DNA of 35,886 bases, from positions 1 to 35,886 of IMG/VR virus record IMGVR_UViG_3300037478_000284. The stretch is one strand, 5' to 3'. The notes under the pieces are model-generated. The model did no database searches. It was given only the letters and a program-made list of their open reading frames with translations, and was not told the DNA's origin. The stretch is from a virus (taxonomy: Duplodnaviria > Caudoviricetes). Shown one piece after another: positions 34,148-35,886 of the stretch. Within the stretch, counting starts at the first letter, position 1. Each line of letters opens with the position of its first letter. The position numbers and the translations under genes were made by a program.

Positions 34148-34360
34148 ATGACCACGACAGGGACCATGACCACGTACACGCCACGGCACGCCTCCCGGCA
34201 ACGGTTCGCGGACGTCGACCGCGCCACCATGGAACGAGACAGGGACCTGCGGCACGAGGTGACTGACGCGCTGATCGACTCGAACGCGCCACGGCGACTC
34301 GGTCACGACCCGCGCTATGACTGCCACATTTGCGGCAAGCGCAACGGACACGCGCTATGA
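34148..34360 (+). CDS. Small early protein ending in RYDCHICGKRNGH
   Basis: CACGAGAGAGAGGA RBS; ATG at 34148 (alternative start 34166). Confidence 0.65.
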   Translation: MTTTGTMTTYTPRHASRQRFADVDRATMERDRDLRHEVTDALIDSNAPRRLGHDPRYDCHICGKRNGHAL

Positions 34361-34390
34361 CTGCCACACTTGCGGCAAGCGCAACGGACA
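34311..34390 (+). repeat. 40-bp tandem duplication
   Basis: CGCGCTATGACTGCCACA(T/C)TTGCGGCAAGCGCAACGGACA twice with one mismatch; a third diverged copy at 35060-35099. Confidence 0.95.
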
Positions 34391-34391
34391 C

Positions 34392-34447
34392 TGAGTGTCG
34401 CAGCGTGGCGGTCGGCATCCCTGCCGACCGCTGCGCTGGTCAATTCA
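34392..34447 (+). repeat. Early-region long hairpin, copy 3
   Basis: TGAGTGTCG-CAGCG-TG-GCGGTCGGCA-TCCC-TGCCGACCGC-TG-CGCTG-GTCAATTCA. Confidence 0.9.
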
Positions 34448-34473
34448 GACCAGCACGAGAGAGAGGATCCACC

Positions 34474-35103
34474 ATGCGAGACATCAGCATCCCTCCGACA
34501 CTGCGCATGTTCGCCGCACTCGTCGCGGAGGTCACCCTCCGCGACGGTGGCGCCACGGCCAATGCGCACACCCGAGAGTTTCTCGGCACGCCCGACACGC
34601 CCACGTACGTGGTCGGCGGGCTTGCTCCAACGCGCGAGTACGACGTGCGCGGATTCGGGCCCAATGAGGCCTATGCCGCGCTGTCCCAGTGGGCCACTGG
34701 CGCCGCGTGGGTCGGCACGTGGGTCGATGGCGGCAAGGTGCACGTAGACCTGGTCGATCTTTGGTCAAGCCGCGATGCCGCGCTTGCGACCGCGACCTTT
34801 CGCAGTGAGCGTGCCGTGTACGCCGCGCACACTGGCGAGACGCTGTGGACTCCGGGCAACGGACCCGAAGAGACCACGGGCCCTTCCGACCTGGAGGATC
34901 CCGCCCTGCTCATGCTGGAGGATGCCGCGCGCTTTGACGATGGGGACGATCGTCGCAAGCGGCTCGCGCGCGTCAGGGGCGTGACCGTCAACGAAATCTC
35001 TGACGCGGAGGTGCTGGAGTCGTTCCAGGGCACGGCGAGGAACGGCCAGCCGTACGACACGCGCTACGACTGCCACGTGTGCGGTAAGCGCGGCGGACAC
35101 TGA
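34474..35103 (+). CDS. Early hypothetical protein ending in RYDCHVCGKRGGH
   Basis: CACGAGAGAGAGGA RBS; ATG at 34474; core 'VGTWVDGGKVHVDL...A...A..RSERAVY....GETL'. Confidence 0.75.
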   Translation: MRDISIPPTLRMFAALVAEVTLRDGGATANAHTREFLGTPDTPTYVVGGLAPTREYDVRGFGPNEAYAALSQWATGAAWVGTWVDGGKVHVDLVDLWSSRDAALATATFRSERAVYAAHTGETLWTPGNGPEETTGPSDLEDPALLMLEDAARFDDGDDRRKRLARVRGVTVNEISDAEVLESFQGTARNGQPYDTRYDCHVCGKRGGH

Positions 35104-35156
35104 GTGTCGCAGCGTGGCGGTCGGCATCCCTGCCGACCGCTGCGCTGGTCAACTCA
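35101..35156 (+). repeat. Early-region long hairpin, copy 4
   Basis: Identical to copy 3 except for one base. Confidence 0.9.
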
Positions 35157-35182
35157 GGCCAAGCCGAGGAGAGGAAGCAGCC

Positions 35183-35446
35183 ATGTTCATCAACACCGGG
35201 GCGAAGATCAACGGGCAGCGCGCGCGCACAAAGAAAGCGCTACGCGAAGCACTCGCCGTCACGCCCGACAGCGTCACGTTCGACGTTACCCAACTATTCG
35301 GCGAGCTGGCCGGGCGCACGCTGGCGGCCGTCGACGTGCTCACACACCCCCAATGGACGCTAGTAGTCGTGGGCCCTGACCCCTACGCGCGGCGCAATTG
35401 GTACGCCAGCGTCGCAGCCGCAAGCGACCACTTGAGTGTTAAGTGA
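35183..35446 (+). CDS. Early hypothetical protein
   Basis: GAGGAGAGGA RBS; 'TKKALREA' and 'VVGPDPY..R.WYA.V' motifs. Confidence 0.8.
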   Translation: MFINTGAKINGQRARTKKALREALAVTPDSVTFDVTQLFGELAGRTLAAVDVLTHPQWTLVVVGPDPYARRNWYASVAAASDHLSVK

Positions 35447-35507
35447 GCCGAGTGCTCATGGTGGCCCATCGACCCTTGACGGTCGGTGGACTGCCATGGT
35501 TAACTCA
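35444..35507 (+). repeat. Early-region long hairpin, copy 5
   Basis: TGAGCCGAGTGCT-CATGG-TG-G-C-CCATCGACC-CTTGAC-GGTCGGTGG-A-C-TG-CCATG-GTTAACTCA. Confidence 0.85.
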
Positions 35508-35536
35508 GATCACCGCACGAGAGAGAGGAATCGACC

Positions 35537-35886
35537 ATGAAACCACTAACCCGCAACGTGGTCGCCGTGTATCGGCGCGCCACGCCCGAGCAACTGGAGC
35601 GCGGCCGCAGTTGGTACCGCGCCGCGTACGACCTGGCCCTGGAGCTGGACGCGCACAGTCCTGCGCGCGGCGCCGGAGTCATTGCCGCACTGTCGCCCAT
35701 GCTCCAGTGGGAGCGTAACGCGGCACTGGCGCGCGGCGCATTCCTGGCCGGAGTGGGATTCGGCACCTACACCGCCAACACGCGCAAGGCCAGCGCAATC
35801 CTGCGCGGCGAGGATCCGTTGGAGGTGCTGGGCGGGCGCAAGGTGCGCGCGTTCTACGCCTGCATAATCTCGCCCGAGGGTAGCGA
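35537..35886 (+). CDS. Early phage protein (DUF7178-like), 3'-truncated by window edge
   Basis: Read by hand: MKPLTRNVVAVYRRATPEQLERGRSWY...AGVIAALSP...WERN...KA.AIL.G..P..VLGG.KV.AFY; CACGAGAGAGAGGA RBS. Confidence 0.75.
   Translation, partial: MKPLTRNVVAVYRRATPEQLERGRSWYRAAYDLALELDAHSPARGAGVIAALSPMLQWERNAALARGAFLAGVGFGTYTANTRKASAILRGEDPLEVLGGRKVRAFYACIISPEGS

Noticed and set aside
34351-35157. Diversity-generating retroelement TR/VR pair, suggested by the AAC to GGC change near a gene's 3' end followed by a hairpin
   Set aside because: Most mismatches are not at adenines (T/C, C/T, CT/TG), two are synonymous, and no reverse transcriptase is present in the window
33415-35507. CRISPR array
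   Set aside because: Repeats are 55-65 nt, variable in sequence and separated by whole genes rather than 30-40 nt spacers; no cas genes

Overview
High-GC actinobacteriophage DNA with a podovirus-like (T7/N4-type) virion module. It probably spans the circularised genome-end junction. 1-2991 (+) is the end of a replication/nucleotide-metabolism arm: Toprim primase, DEDD/RNase H-like exonuclease, sigma factor and dATP/dGTP diphosphohydrolase-like gene, closed by a convergent terminator. 3061-28766 (-) is one long late operon: terminase large subunit with an N-terminal HTH, portal, three tRNAs (Met, Trp, Asn), large internal/ejection proteins including an M23 plus lysozyme-like protein, scaffold, major capsid, head fibre, tail adaptor/nozzle/fibre and a lysis cassette. 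No tape measure or tail tube gene is recognisable. Directly upstream of terL, in the usual small-terminase position and translationally coupled to it, lies an actinomycete conjugation-like module: a DUF2637/Spd-like membrane protein with an overprinted ORF, an FtsK/TraB-like ATPase fused to a GIY-YIG nuclease, a trypsin-like protease and clustered CTAGACC repeats. After a non-coding stretch containing a perfect CRP box and a sigma70-type promoter, the early region (33415-35886, +) is built from small-gene cassettes separated by a family of covarying long hairpins, each followed by a GAGAG(AG)GA ribosome-binding site. All family calls come from motif recognition by eye; no database searches were run.
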